This document shows positions 38,351-52,139 of a stretch of 64,000 bases of DNA, one piece after another. The notes below the pieces were generated by a model. It was not told where the DNA came from, did no database searches, and saw nothing but the letters and a program-made list of their open reading frames with translations. Source of the DNA: Heterodontus francisci (lineage: Eukaryota); contig NC_090380.1 in assembly GCF_036365525.1 (NCBI RefSeq), forward strand, positions 89,606,708 to 89,670,707, given 5' to 3'. The stretch's first letter is position 1, and the number at the start of each line of letters is the position of its first letter. Position numbers and translations under genes: made by a program.

Positions 38351-39205
38351 ATGCACAACCAAATTCAACTTGAACTTCCGTCTTCTAGTAGGACACACAA
38401 TGACATAGAGCATGATTTCCCCCATCACCAATCACCATCCCCGTCCCCAATCCCCTGAACATACATGTATCAGCTCTGGATCAGGGTACATGCTAAACAT
38501 TTGGTTCCAGTTAAAAAGGGAATCAACCACAGTAATTTGCAAGGCTGACTATAATCTGAAGTGAAAGGAACAGAATAATTTATATTGTTCCTTCAATGTA
38601 GTAAACCGCACAGAGGCACAATTAAATAAAATGGATACAGAGCCATGGTCAAAGAGGTTGGTTTAAAACACCCTACATTTATTCTAAATCATCTTCTGTT
38701 TCAGTTGAATTTAAACAAACTTGTTTTTCTCCATTTTTCTTAAACTATCAATTACACTTGCTTGGAAGGAAACCGAATGACATATGTGTGACCTTGTCCA
38801 ATTATCCTGACCCTCTAACCTCAGTTCACCTCATGATTATGCTTGGTCTTAATTTCCTCTACAGTGATACAAGAGATTGAATTGTGGATTCTGTCCTTGT
38901 GGCTCATTCAAAGAACTTGTAACATAAAAGCAAAAGCAAGGAAACTGGACTCTACACCACAGCTGAAGGGATACAAAGAGACAGATTGAGCAGATTACAG
39001 TAGAGTGAGATTTGAAAATTCAATCAACTATAACTTTTTTCCTTCTAAAGGTTGTCTAGAAGTCAGTGCCATTCACTCACCCAATTATCCACAGCCACTT
39101 AAGCGTTGCTATGTCCCCCTTTCTACAGATAATTTAACTCTTAAATATGGGGAATGGAGTAGGAGAAAGACACCAGATAAATAGTTTTTCAGATATAGTT
39201 GTACT

Positions 39206-39520
39206 ATTTTATTTTATTTATTTTATTTAGAGATACAGCACTGAAACAGGCCCTTCAGCCCACCAAGTCTGTGCTGACCAACAACCACCCTTTTATACTA
39301 ACCCTACAGTAATCCCATATTCCCTACCACTTACCTACACTAGGGGCAATTTACAATGGCCAATTTACCTATCAATGTGGGAGGAAAACAGAGCACCCGG
39401 CGAAAACCCAAGCGGTCACAGGGAGAACTTGCAAACTCCGCACAGGCAGTAACCAGAATCGAACCCGGGTCCCTGGAGCTGTGAGGCTGCGGTGTTAACC
39501 ACTGCGCCACTGTGCTGCCC
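39206..39520 (-). mobile_element. HE1-type V-SINE with internal deletion
   Basis: Reverse complement of the HE1 head (ends TGTGCTGCCC) with a (TTTTA)n tail. Confidence 0.88.
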
Positions 39521-39952
39521 TCTAATTAGCTACATCTTTTCCTTTCTTAACATTAAGTTCCAAATGGCTTTTAATACCCATTCCACATGTTTTGAGAAAG
39601 CTATGTCTTTTACATTATACACAAATCCAAATATTGTAGATTAGAACCATTTAAATTCCTCCCCATCCCCAATTATCTCCTATTTGAAGACACAAACCCC
39701 AACTGGGATGCAGCTCCATGAGAAACCCTCTTATGCTTCAATATTTAGCTCATTCTTCAATTCCCTGAACTGGTTGAAAACCAGTTAACTGTGGAAGGCA
39801 TCAGAGATGAGGCCAATCGGGTTTTATGTCAGGTCACATATGCTTTGGAGCAGGGATGTTCAATAGAATTAGAAGCAGGAAAAGCAAAAGAAAAGACAGA
39901 AGTGCTCCATATAAAAAATTGTTGGCATTCTACAAAAAATGTTTGTCATTAT

Positions 39953-40015
39953 TTCTTCTTCTTCTTCTTTTGGGCCTCCTTATCTCGAGAGACAATGGAT
40001 ACGCGCCTGGAGGTG
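39953..40015 (-). mobile_element. Extremely 5'-truncated RTE insertion (3' hairpin plus (AAG)n tail)
   Basis: Reverse complement closely matches the RTE 3' end at 49402-49458. Confidence 0.85.
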
Positions 40016-40489
40016 ATCTCCATGGCGCATGCCTGGGAAAATTTATGGAGGTTATTTAATATATAGATAATTATTTTTATAGTTACAGGGTCAGTACCGG
40101 GGTAGGGACCCCACCTGATTTTCCCTCTACCACATGCTAAGCCGTATTGAAACATCTCCATTACAACTGTTAACAGTCTGCTAACGAACTATACTGTGGA
40201 TTGAGTATGGTACCTTGGTGTCTGGTTCGTACTTACTGAATAAAATGAGAAATGTTACCAATACAGAATAGACCTATCAACAACTGTAAAGAGAGAGGTA
40301 GTTCAGGTGTTTGAAGTTTCATGAGAAGAATTCTTCCTTCTTAACAAACTATTTGTGGGCCATTAAAATCAGAAATATCTAGTTTAATTTTTTTTAAAAA
40401 CTTTTTAAAAAATGAAAAGTTTTTCACCAGCCTGATGACGGTCATATTCACACCTTTAGCAATAATGGTGAATGGCAATGGCTCAATGC

Positions 40490-40607
40490 CGTAAATCAAC
40501 ATGGGGCTTTACGACGGTTTGTTTTACTGACGACACTTGGTGTGAAAAAAATCTGGCGATCCGGTTTCCGGCAGCAGCTGGGGATAGACGTGGAGGCTGG
40601 GAGCGGA
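40490..40607 (+). promoter_or_regulatory. TBC1D23: TBC1D23 promoter/5' UTR (CpG-rich)
   Basis: CpG-dense; TGACG half-site near 40528; ETS-like CCGGTTTCCGG at 40561-40571. Confidence 0.55.
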
Positions 40608-40660
40608 ATGGCGGCGGCCGCCGAGGAGGCGCAGCTGGTACCGGGTGCTAACAGTAGCTG
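40608..40660 (+). CDS. TBC1D23: TBC1 domain family member 23, exon 1
   Basis: GGAATGG start; MAAAAEEAQLVPGANSS plus TG|GTGGGT; phase 2 joins exon 2 to give W-DKDL. Confidence 0.85.
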
Positions 40661-42259
40661 GTGGGTGTCATTGGAGCTCGGCTTTTCTCTGTCCCAGCTG
40701 CTTGTGTGCGGCCTTAAATTGGACGCTAGGAAATTAACTAGTGGACCGTTTGTGTGCGTCCAGAGTGCTGGTGTCTCTGCCGGGTAGAAATGGCTTAACA
40801 TGAAGCTCAGCCAAGGAGCTTTAAATTGGGAAAGCGAATCGATTGAGGGGACAAGCTGTGTGATAGGCTCACTTTATTTTCCTTTCTTGAGAGTCCCGAT
40901 CACCTGCTAAACGAGTCATTCCCCCTCCTATGGGAATCTAGTCCATAAAAATCTGAATTCTGAATATGAAAATTCAGTATTGGTATTTTCTAAAAAAAAA
41001 TTGTACCAGTGCATTTTTAAGGGCTTGTGAATTGATTGTAGAGTCGATGTGTACGCTCTGTCACAGTTTGTTTCTCAGTGTTAGTGATAGGACTTTTAAC
41101 AACAGTAGCAAAAGAAAATCTGTCAAGTGTTTAAAAATTTGAAGAAAAGGCAGGGAGAACCTGTGTGTTAATAGAGCACCTCATTTTCATAAATTTAAGC
41201 TGAAGGTGAAAGAGAAATCCGTCTGGTCGGTCCAATTGTGTGTGAGATTGAGAGGGAGGGTTGTGTTTACAATAGTGACCATGAGAAGGAGCAGAGTGGG
41301 AGCTCTATGGTAGAAATACTTTGAAAGGAATTTGATGTGAACACACATCACACCTGCCTTTCATATTTTCTGGAACATCCTGTAATTGCGTGGAAAATAA
41401 TTTGGATTAGCTATTTCAAAAATGATTTCTGCCATTGGACATTGAGCTAGACTAAGTCTGTAATTATAATGTTTGAAAAATAATTAAATATTTTCTATAC
41501 AATTACTAAATTCTACAGTAATTATCTAGGATACCATAATGACAGAAGGTTATTAGAGTGCACTTATGCTTACAGAAATGTAGAACTGGCAGTGGTGAGC
41601 TGTGCTGCAAGCTCTTCATCGATATCTGGGTAAATAAAGCAGAGCTTTGTACCTGTGCTTCTGATGCACTGGTGTTCCAAGTTGAATTATATTTTAATGT
41701 GAGATAAGTTAGCTGATCTCTGTAAGGGTCCTGCTGTTAATACTTTGCTTCTTTCTGCTGATGGGAATTAAGTGAGTACACTGGTTTTCCTTTGACTGTT
41801 GGGTGAGGAGGAGATCAGATGTCACTGTGATGCCCATGTAGCTGAAAAGCTTGCTGAATCTGTCTAGGTTCATGCACAAAGAATGGTAATTTGGGAAGGG
41901 TCAGGAATCTGTGAAATCACAGAGTGAATCAATTTAAGGGGGAGGAGGAGAGAAAATTGGTGGCAAAAGTTTTTAAGTGGGTAATAGGCTGCTTTGAATT
42001 GCTGTTACACTGCAGTTGTTGCAAAGTGAAAGCATTACAAAACTACATCCTAGAGGTTGTTTCATATGCTTGTGTAAATTTTATTTAGGCAGCTTGTTAC
42101 CTGTGTCATATTTTACATTGGTACGAAGCTGAAGCTGCTTTGTAATCTGACTGGCTTGTTAGATAATTTATGAGATCACAATAGGAGCAATGACTGGTTA
42201 ATGTACAGTTATAAGATCACTTGAGTGCCCTTATGAAAAAGTCTTGCGTTTCTATAAAT

Positions 42260-42920
42260 AAAAGACTTTCATTTATATAGTGTCTTTCCCAACCACTGGA
42301 TCACTCAAAGCACTTTACAGCCAATGAAATACTTTTGGAGCATCGCCACTGTTGTAATGTAGAAATGTGGCAGTCTATTTGCGCGCAGCAAGCTCCTACA
42401 AATATTGGCCAGGACGCCGGGGATAACACTCATACTTTTCTTCGAAATAGTGCCACGGGATCTTTTATATCTATTGGAGAGTGCGGATGAGGCCTCACTT
42501 TAACGTGTTATCCAAAGGGCAGCCCCTCTGGTGTGGAGCACTCACTCAGTTCTGCATTGGAGTGTCAGACTTGATTTTTGAAATAGTACCTTATCACATC
42601 TCAGAATGCTTCACTTAGAATGAATTACTTGGACATTCAATAACTTGTATGTATTGCAAGTCAGCAATGATCAGTTAGTTGATCTGTTTTTGGTGGTGGT
42701 TGAGGGAGAAATATTTATTCAGATCGAGTCTGCTTGTGGATCTTTAATATCTATGGCAGATGGGCCTTTATTTAACATTTCATCCAAAGGACAGCATCTC
42801 TAGCAATGCAGCACTTCCTCAATACTGCATTGGAATGTCGACATAATTTATCCATTCAGGCTACACATGGCATTTAAACCCACACCTTCTGAATTGGGCA
42901 AGAGTGCTCCCAACTGATAG
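42260..42920 (-). mobile_element. Two Deu-SINE fragments
   Basis: Reverse-complement matches to 9360-9820 (AATATTGGCCAGGAC, GGGATCTTTTA, CTGCATTGGA). Confidence 0.7.
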
Positions 42921-43379
42921 AACTGTTTAGAAACTTGTCGTATCAGTGGCCCTACATTTTAATGTCATGTTTCTGACTCTTAGCAAAACAGTTTCAAACT
43001 CTAATTATTGTTGAATTGTAGAATTATTCTAATGCTGTCCTATCTTGATCCACCCTCCATAAACTCCAACTTGTCTAACAGCTGAATATCTGTCCTTCAC
43101 TAAGCCCTGCATGTCTCATCATTCCTGTCCTCTGCCTCATTGACTTCCTGTTCCTAGATACATTAAATTTAATTAAAATTCTTAACCATAAATTCCTCTG
43201 TGACCTCACTTTATCCTATTTCTGCATTCTTCTCCAGACCTCCTGCACCTTTCAAATTTCCAACTCCTGCCTCCTGCGCATCCCACTGTCCCTCCAACTT
43301 ATAAAAACGAGAATTTAACTAAGGCCATTAACTTTTGTTACAACTCTGAAGTGCCATGGGATCTTTTGTATATTAATTA

Positions 43380-43765
43380 ATGTGAGAGGTGATCTTATTT
43401 AAACATATAAGATCCTGAGGGAACTTGACAGGGCGATGCTGGAAAAATGTTTCCACTTATGGGCAAGACTAGAACTAAGGAATACAATTTAAAAATGACT
43501 TTCCCATTTAAGACAGAGATGAGGAGGAATTTTTACTCTGAGGGTCGTTAGTCTGTGGAATTCAGAGAGTAGTAGAGGTTGGATCATTGAATATAATCAA
43601 GGCTGAGTTAGATAGATTCTTCGTAGACAAGGGAGTCAAGTGTTATTGGGGACAGACAGGAAAGTGGAGTTGAGGCCACATTCAGATTAGCCAGGATATT
43701 ATCAATAGGCGGAGCAGGCTTGAGGGGCCGAGTGTTCTACTCCTGCTCCTAATTCGTATGTTTGT
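43380..43765 (+). mobile_element. CR1 3' fragment
   Basis: GAGAGGTGATCTTATT and tail CTACTCCTGCTCCTAATTCGTATGTT. Confidence 0.8.
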
Positions 43766-43799
43766 AAATATGCTATACAAATGTAAGTTATTTCCAGTT

Positions 43800-44145
43800 T
43801 TCTCCCACCATTTCCCTCTTCCTCTCCTAAAAGTGCTTACTTGTGCTGGGGTATGGTTCTCCAGGTGTTGGCAGTATCTCACTGAAGTGGATGTTTTCAT
43901 GTGTGAAGCTAGATGCAGGCTACTGAACCATAGGGATGGGGCACCATTGTGGAGTTTTCATTTCATGTCCAGATTTGTGCTATTTTCAGTCGTAATCATG
44001 GGGTAGCCTAGAGTGCTAATGATGACTGATTCTCCCCCTTTCACTAGCCTCGGGACATGAAAACCAATTGGCTGCCTCACTGAGATCAATTGGTTGACAC
44101 AGACTGCAAGTCAGACCTGAAACCTTCCTGATGTATATGGCTTTG
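43800..44145 (-). mobile_element. LF-SINE-like ancient SINE
   Basis: Minus strand AGCCATATACATCAGGAAGGTTTCAGGT..TTGATCTCAG..CACACATGAAAA..GAACCATACCCCAGCA..AGGAGAGG resembles LF-SINE (from recall). Confidence 0.5.
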
Positions 44146-45844
44146 AATCGTAGTTGTTAGAGCACTCAAATGGGCTGTTCAACACATCACGTCTAGAATC
44201 ATAGAATGGTTGCAGCTCAGAAGGAGGATATTTTGCCTGCCGTGCCCATGCTGGCTCCATGCATGAGTAATTTAGCTAGTCCCACTCCCCCTCCTTTTCC
44301 CTGGAGTCCTGCAGATTTTTTCTCTTCAGGTGCTTATGCACTTCCCTTTTGAAAGCCACAATGGAATCTGCCTCCACTAGTGTTTTTCTCCATATGAGCC
44401 ACCTAGTCTAATCTTGCTCTCCATATCACTAATATTCCTCTTTTTCAAGCAACAGCAGTCTACAGCTGATATTTTGTAGTCATTTTGTTTTTCAATCAGG
44501 ATGAAAGTGGGACATTATAGATAACTTCTGTTAACTTAGTAAACTGCTACTGCAAATGGTTTTGTACATTTTGTAGTTTGCAATGATAATTTGACAAGTT
44601 TAAATTTCTTTTTGTAATTAGTGTTCCACAGAGAAAGCTGTGTTAGTCTCTGTGTTTCTTCTACAAAGTAACTATTAATGACAAGAAATTTTTTGAAAGG
44701 AGAATGCCAGTGTCAGCTGCAAAGGATTTGTTTCTGTTCTTTACCATCTGCATGAATGTGAGAGAGATTGATCAGTTGATGCATGTGAGAATAACTATAG
44801 AATTTCAGAACGGTAGAAATTTACTGCGACATGAAAGACCCTTTGGCCCATCACGTCGGTGCTGGCCTTTTGCTAGAGCAATCTAAAACAAATTCACTGC
44901 TTTGCTTTCTCCTCGTAGCTTCTGATGCTTCAAATATTTATCTGTTTTTCTGTTAAAAGATGCAGTGGTCTTTGCCTCAACTGTTCCCTGTGGAAAAACA
45001 TTCCATGTTTCACCAACTCTATGAAATTTTCACATTTAAGACAGCAAGATTAGGAGAAATTTCTTTATTCAATTTGGCCCTTAGCAGAGTAAATCATCTC
45101 TCTGTTTATCCTGACAAAACTCTTGATGATTTTTAAAAACCTGTACTCCAGTGGAAGTAGCCCAAGTACCTGGAAGTTTTCATAATTATAGATTCCTATC
45201 CTGATAAATGGACATTCTGGATTGTCTGTAGCGTTAATGTCTTTTCTACAATGGGTGCTCAAAATCACACACTGCACTCTTAATTGTGGCCTAATCATTG
45301 CCTTGTACAAAGTTATCACTACATCTTTACTCTTACACCTTTTCTGTATTCATAAAATTCCAATATGCTATTGGCTTTTTTTAATAGCTTTATCTGCCTG
45401 CATTTTATTTCAGTTTTCATGTCCCTGTGAATTTATATAAATGCATCTTGTTCATTTTGCTGTCTTTCAAGGTATTATACATTGAACCCCTAATCTCTCT
45501 CGATCAATATCCTTCAGCAACTTTCCATTCCTCACTTTTCATCACAAAATTTATTACCGCCCCTCCAATTCTTTGCTTTAAATAGCATCTGCCACCTATC
45601 CCTGTCTACCTATTCTGCTAACCTGTTTATATCCTCCTGAAGAGTCTTACAGTCCTTACTGTTTGCCAAACCTGCTACTTTTCTGTATTCACTAACTTTT
45701 GATATTCTGTTCCCAAGTCCAAATCATCTAAATCGACTGGGAAACAAAAGCATACCCAGTACTTATCATGGGGATTTGTAACTTCCAAGCCTTCTCCAAT
45801 CAAAGCAGCACACATTAATTAAAGCCTCCTGTGAGATAGCTTTT

Positions 45845-46610
45845 TTCATTCTTTCATGGGATGTGGGTGTCACTGGCTAGGTCAGTATTTATTGCCTTTG
45901 AGGAGGTGGTGGTGAGCCACATTCTTGAACTGCTGCAGTCCATGTGCTGTAGGCACACCCACAGTGCTGTTAGGAAGGGAGTTCCATGATTTTGACCCAG
46001 TGACAGTGAAGGAACGCTGATATAGTTCCAAGCCAAGATGGTGTGTGGCTTGGAGGGGAACTTGCAGGGGTGGTGGTCCTATGTATCTGCTGCCCTTGCC
46101 CTTCTAGGTGATGGAGGTTGCAGGTTTGGAAGGTGCTGTTGAAGGAGCCTTGGTGAGTTGCTGCAGTGCATCTTGTTTATGGTGTACACTGCTGCCACTG
46201 TGTGTCGGTGGTGGAGGGAATGTATGTTGAAGGTGGTGGATGCAGTGTCAGTCAAGTGGGCTGCTTTGTCCTGGATGGTGTCCAGCTTCTTGAGTGTTGG
46301 AGGTGCACTCATCCAGGCAAGTGGAGAGTATTCCATTACACTCCTGACTTGTGCCTTGTAGATAGCGGACAGGCTTTGAGGAGTCAGGAGGTGAGTTACT
46401 CGCCACGTAATTCCCAGCCTCTGACCTCCTCTTGTAGCCACAGTACTTATATGGCTGCTTCGGTTCAGTTTCTGGTCAATGGTAACCCTCAGGTTGTTGA
46501 TAGTTGGGGGATTCGGTGATGGTAATGACATTGAATGTCAAGGGGAGATGGTTAGATTCTCACTTGTTGGAGATGGTCATTGCCTGGCACTTGTGTGGTG
46601 CGAATGTAAC
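45845..46610 (-). mobile_element. CR1-group 3' fragment (second family)
   Basis: ORF 46079..46531(-) LTPQSLSAIYKAQVRSVMEYSPLAW. Confidence 0.9.
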
Positions 46611-46669
46611 CTAACTGAATGCCTTCTAAAAATCTATATATATATATACCCACGTACTGCGTAGATTCA

Positions 46670-47140
46670 TTGTCATACAGCACAGAAACAGGCCCTTTGG
46701 CCCATCGTGTCAGTGCCGGACATGAAGCACCTATCTATTATAATCCCATTTTCCAGCACTTGACCCGTAGCCTTGTATGCTATGGCGTTTCAAGTGCTCA
46801 TCTAAATACTTAAGTGTTGTGAGGGTTCCTGCCTCTACCACCCCTTCAGGCAGTGTGTTCCAGGTTCCAACCACCCTCTGGGTGAAATTCTTTTTCCTCA
46901 AATCCCCTCTAAACCTCCTGCCCTTTACCTTAAGTCTATGCCCCCTGGTTATTAACCCCTCTGCTAAGGGAAAAAGTTTCTTCCTATCTATCCTATCGGT
47001 GCCCCTCATAATTTTGTATACCTCAATCAGGTCCCCCCTCAGCCTTCTCTGCACTAAGGAAAACAACCCTAGCCTGTCCAGTCTCTCTTCATAGCTGAAA
47101 TCATAGAATGCTCTAACCCAGGCAATATCCTGGTGAATCC
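46670..47140 (-). mobile_element. CR1 3' fragment
   Basis: FSLVQRRLRGDLIEVYKIMRG..FTQRVVGTWNTLP. Confidence 0.9.
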
Positions 47141-47439
47141 CCTATAGTGCTTAATCTTTATCTATTAAGATGTCACTTCTTCTCAAAACTTCATTAAATT
47201 TGTCAAACATGTCATGCTGTGCTGGTATTCTTGATCCCAGCCACCTATTAATGCTTTCCGAGCTTATAAATATAGCATAACGCCAATAAAAGGATTTTAA
47301 AATATGGTAGGTAGACATCTCACAGCCATTGGAACTTGGGAATTGTCTCTCCATGCAATTTTCAAAATTATTTAATTGTCTGCAATTCTTCAGAAGCAGC
47401 AGATTTTAGATGTACTTCTAAATGTAAATTACTTAAAAC

Positions 47440-49458
47440 TGACTACTGGCAACACCTATGCAGTCATATTCAGCTGGCCTCCGACACCGAAAACATCAGA
47501 GGAATGTATGATGGCATTAAGAGAGCTTTTGGGCTAACCATCAAGAAGATCGCCCCCCCTGAAATCTAAATCAGAGGACACAATCACTGACCAACGCAAG
47601 CAAATGGACTGCTGGGTGGAGCACTAACTAGAACTGTACTCCAGAGAAAATGTCACTGAGACTGCCCTCAATGCAGCCCAGACTCTGCCAGTCATGGCTG
47701 AGCTGGACATACAGCCAACAAAATCGGAACTCAGTGATGTCATTGATTCTCTAGCCGGTGGAAAAGCCCCTGGGAAGGACAGCATTACCCTTGAAATAAT
47801 CAAGAGTGCCAAGCCTGCTATACTTTCAGCACTCTACGAACTGCTTTGCCTGTGCTGGGACGAGAGAGCAGTACCACAGGACATGCGCGATGCCAATATC
47901 ATCACTCTCTATAAGAACAAGGGTGACTGTGGTGACTGCAGCAACTACCGTGGAATCTCCCTGCTCAGCATAGTGGGGAAAGTCTTTGCTGGAGTCGCTT
48001 TAAACAGGCTCCAGAAGCTGGCTGAGCGTGTCTACCCTGAGGCACAGTGTGGCTTTCGAACAGAGAGATCCACCATTGACATGCTGTTCTCCCTTCGCCA
48101 ACTGCAGGAGAAATGCCGCGAACAACAGATGCCCCTCTATGTTGCTTTCATTGATCTCACCAAAGCCTTTGACCTCGTCAGCTGACGTGGTCTCTTCAGA
48201 CTACTAGCAAAGATCGGATGTCCACCAAAGCTACTAAGTATCATCACCTCATTCTATGACAATATGAAAGGCACAATTCAGCATAGCGCCGCCTCATCAG
48301 ACCCTTTCCTATCCTGAGTGGCGTGAAACAGGGCTGTGTTCTCGCTCCTACACTGTTTGGGATCATCATCTTCCTGCTGCTCTCACATGCGTTTAAGTCT
48401 TCAGAAGAAGGAATTTTCCTCCACACAACATCAGGTGGCAGGTTGTTCAACCTTGCCCGTCAAAGAGTGAAGACAAAAGTACGGAAAGTCCTCATCAGGG
48501 AACAACTCTTTGCTGACGATGCTGCATTAACATCTTACACTGAAGAGTGTCTGCAGAAACTCATCAACAGGATTGCAGCTGCCTGCAACGAATTTGGCCT
48601 AACCATCAGCCTCAAGAAAACGAACATCATGGGACAGGGCGTCAGAAATGCTCCATCCATCAATATCGGCGACCACACTCTGGAAGTGGTTCAAGAGTTC
48701 ACCTACCTAGGCTCAACTATCACCAGTAACCTGTCTCTCAATGCAGAAATCAACAAGCGCATGGGAAAGGCTTCCACTGCTATGTCCAGACTGGCCAAGA
48801 GAGCGTGGGAAAATGGCGCACTGACACGGAACACAAAAGTCCGAGTGTATCAAGCCTGTGTCCTCAGTACCTTGCTCTACGGCAGCAAGGCATGGACAAC
48901 GTATGTCAGCCAAGAGCGACGTCTCAATTCATTCCATCTTCGCTTCCTCCGGAGAATCTTTGGCATCAGGTGGCAGGACTGTATCTCCAACACAGAAGTC
49001 CTCGAGGCGGCCAACGTCCCCAGCATATACGCCCTACTGAGCCAGCGGCGCTCGAGATGGCTTGGCCATGTGAGCCGCATGGAAGATGGCAGGATCCCCA
49101 AGGACACATTGTACAGCGAGCTCGTCACTGGTATCAGACCCACCGGCCGTCCATGTCTCCATTTTAAAGGCATCTGCAAACGTGACATGCAGTTGTGTGA
49201 CATTGATCACAAGTCGTGGGAGTCAGTTGCCAGTGATCGCCAGAGCTGGCGGGCAGCTGTAAAGGCGGGGCTAAAGTGTGACGAGTCGAAGAGACTTAGC
49301 TGTTCCGACAACCAACTTTATCTGCAGCACCTGTAGAATAGTCTGTCACTCCAGAATTGGCCTTTAAAGCAACTCCAGGTGTTGCTTCACAAACCACTGA
49401 CCACCTCCAGGCGCTTACCATTGTCTCGCGAGACAAGGAGGCCAAAGAAGAAGAGAAG
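47440..49458 (+). mobile_element. Young RTE-clade LINE, 5'-truncated (~2 kb)
   Basis: ORFs 47694..48185 and 48323..49336: NYRGISLLS, EAQCGFR, FIDLTKAFD, KQGCVLAPTLF, LFADDAAL, FTYLGS; 3' hairpin and (AAG)n tail. Confidence 0.95.
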
Positions 49459-50352
49459 ATTTAAAAGCTTTTGGATGTATTTTTCTTCTCTCATAGTCTG
49501 TGTAAAGTACCGCTCGTTAAGGCCTTTGTGACATGTTTGAATGTCTTTTGAGGGTATCCTCAACTGAATTTGGAAGTATAGCTGATCAAGGAGTGTTCAG
49601 AAAGACATGACAGAGTAAACATTGTATAATTTATTAATGCTGCCAGTGTTGTTAGGTTTAGTTACACCCATTGTTTCTTAAATGCTTTTTTTGTTTTAGT
49701 CTGTGGTTGTATGGACAAGATGATTAGAAATGTAAAATATCAGACGTGAAATGTAAAACATCATTGGAGTATACGCAGCATACTTTGCTAGAACCCGCAA
49801 CAAATTTTGTGTATCAAAACATTTCTTGTCATTGCAAAAAATTGTAGGAGACCAGTGCTATCACTGAAAACTTTATAAATTTTCTGTTTTATATTTGATG
49901 GTTTACTATAATGGAAGTTTGGCTGATTTAAAAAGGCCCACTTTGAAATATGTTTGACATTTTCTTAAACATTAGTAATTCTGATGAAAGGTACACATTT
50001 GAAGTATAATAAATGCTCTTCTGTTTACAGGTACTAATTTGCATTGAAACAAAAGCAAAATACTGTGGATGCTGAAAATTTGAAATATAAACAGAAAATA
50101 CTGGAAAACATTTGGGTCAGGAAGTATCTGTGGCAAGAGCATTTTTCTCCACAAATGTTACGGATGCTGTCTCCAGCATTTTCTGTTTTTCTTTATAAGG
50201 AATTTGGCTTGATTTATGGTCACAGTCAATTTTTAAACCCAACAAGCCACTTCTTGATATTAGACTAAATTCTCTTCCATTGTTGAGTCAGCCAGTGATG
50301 ATATGTTCTGAACAGTAGTTAGACCAACCTACTGCTAATTCTGTTAAGGTGA

Positions 50353-50511
<159 letters not shown>

Positions 50512-51399
50512 TAATGGTACAGATGTACTGAATTTGTCAATTTGACCTATCAGTTTTAGTACAATGTGACTGAACAGACATTTATTAAATCGCTCTGCTT
50601 GGGCAAATCGGAGCTCTGCGCACAAACAGTTAAGCATACTTTTAGAACTTAACTCACTTGTCACTGACTACTGGTTTAATTTCTGATGTTAACAAAGAGC
50701 CAATAGGATAGTCAGCTCTTTCTGAAGATTAGAAACATCTTATTGCTTGTTTTCATCTCTTGGCCTCTGAGGAAATTTGCTAAATGTTTTGGTACTAATC
50801 ACGCAAACCATAAGGTACTATGTTTGATTCTCAATCTTTGTAGATTCAGCCAATCTGAACAAGGAAAGAAATTTCAGTTGGCCTCAATGTTCCTGGCCTA
50901 TGGAGGGAAAATAACAATCAGAATTTACTTTAAGGTTGCTCTCCAGTGACTCATGCTAGAACACATGAGCACATGATGTCTGTCCTGCATGGTCAACCAG
51001 CCTTCTGATCATTGTCTCGGCTCTCAAGTAAAGAATGAGCACGTGGATGAGGTAGCTAGTTTCTCAGTGACCATCTGTTCCGCTGGAGATTTCTGCTTGT
51101 GCATCATTCTGACACAAGTTTTACATGATTTTTGCACAGTTTCAAATTTGACAGTTTGATAAAAAGGCTTTGCTCTGCGGGTTTCATCAATAAGTATACT
51201 TTATTTTAGCCTTTTGACAGAGTTGAATTGAGATTTCTAGTAGAGGGGTTAAATAATCTGTCCCAACTAGTGTTCAGATGTATTACCAACAATGATATAA
51301 TATGTAATACTTTCTCCTCTCCTGAACATTATGACCCTTGCTGGGGTATTGTTTGATGTACATTGCCTTATTCTTGTGTGAGCTTAGTTGGTGACTATG

Positions 51400-51890
51400 G
51401 GGACCATGCCTTAAGATTTATTGGCCTTGGAAGGAGTGCAACGCAGATTCACCAGAATGTTACCAAGGGTTAGATTATGAGGTGACATTACGTGAACTAG
51501 GCTTGTAGTTCCTGGAATATAGAATGTTGAGGGTTGATTTGATAGAGGCATTTTGGATTTTGAAAGGACTTTATAGAGTAGATAGTGTTTTTCTGCTGGT
51601 GGGGGAGTCGAAGACCAGGGGACATAACCTTAAAATCAGAGCCAGTTCAATCTGGAGAGAGGTAAGGAGACACTTACTGCAAATGGTGGTACAAGTGTGG
51701 CGCACTCTCCCACAAAAAGCAGTAGATGCTTGCTCAATTAATAATTTCAAATCTCAAATCAATTTGCTAGCCTAGAGCATTAATAGATATGGAGCCAAGG
51801 TGGGTGGATGGAGTTAGGATACAGATCAGCCTTAATCTCATTGAATTGTAGAACAGGCTGGAGGGGCTAAATGGCCTACTCCTGTTCCTA
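51400..51890 (+). mobile_element. CR1 3' fragment
   Basis: LRVDLIEAFWILKG..SKTRGHNLKIR; CTACTCCTGTTCCTATG tail. Confidence 0.8.
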
Positions 51891-52139
51891 TGCCATGGAA
51901 CTGTACCCCAGTAGGAAATTGCAACTTTAGGAGAAAAAAATGATAAAATATAAAATTGCTTCTGCATTAGGGTACAATGTGCTGCATCTCGGGTTATATT
52001 TTCTCCTATTTCTATTCCAACCACCTGGCAACATGCTTCCTCTTATACTATTTTGAGGACGGGATGTTTTGGGTTGTGAACTGGAGAACAGTTGTTCAAT
52101 GGGAAGTATACTTGTGCAGGGTAGACTGATCCCATTAGG

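Noticed and set aside
40542-40787. 81-aa single-exon ORF at the TBC1D23 start
   Set aside because: Only 40608-40660 is coding; the rest is 5' UTR and intron read-through
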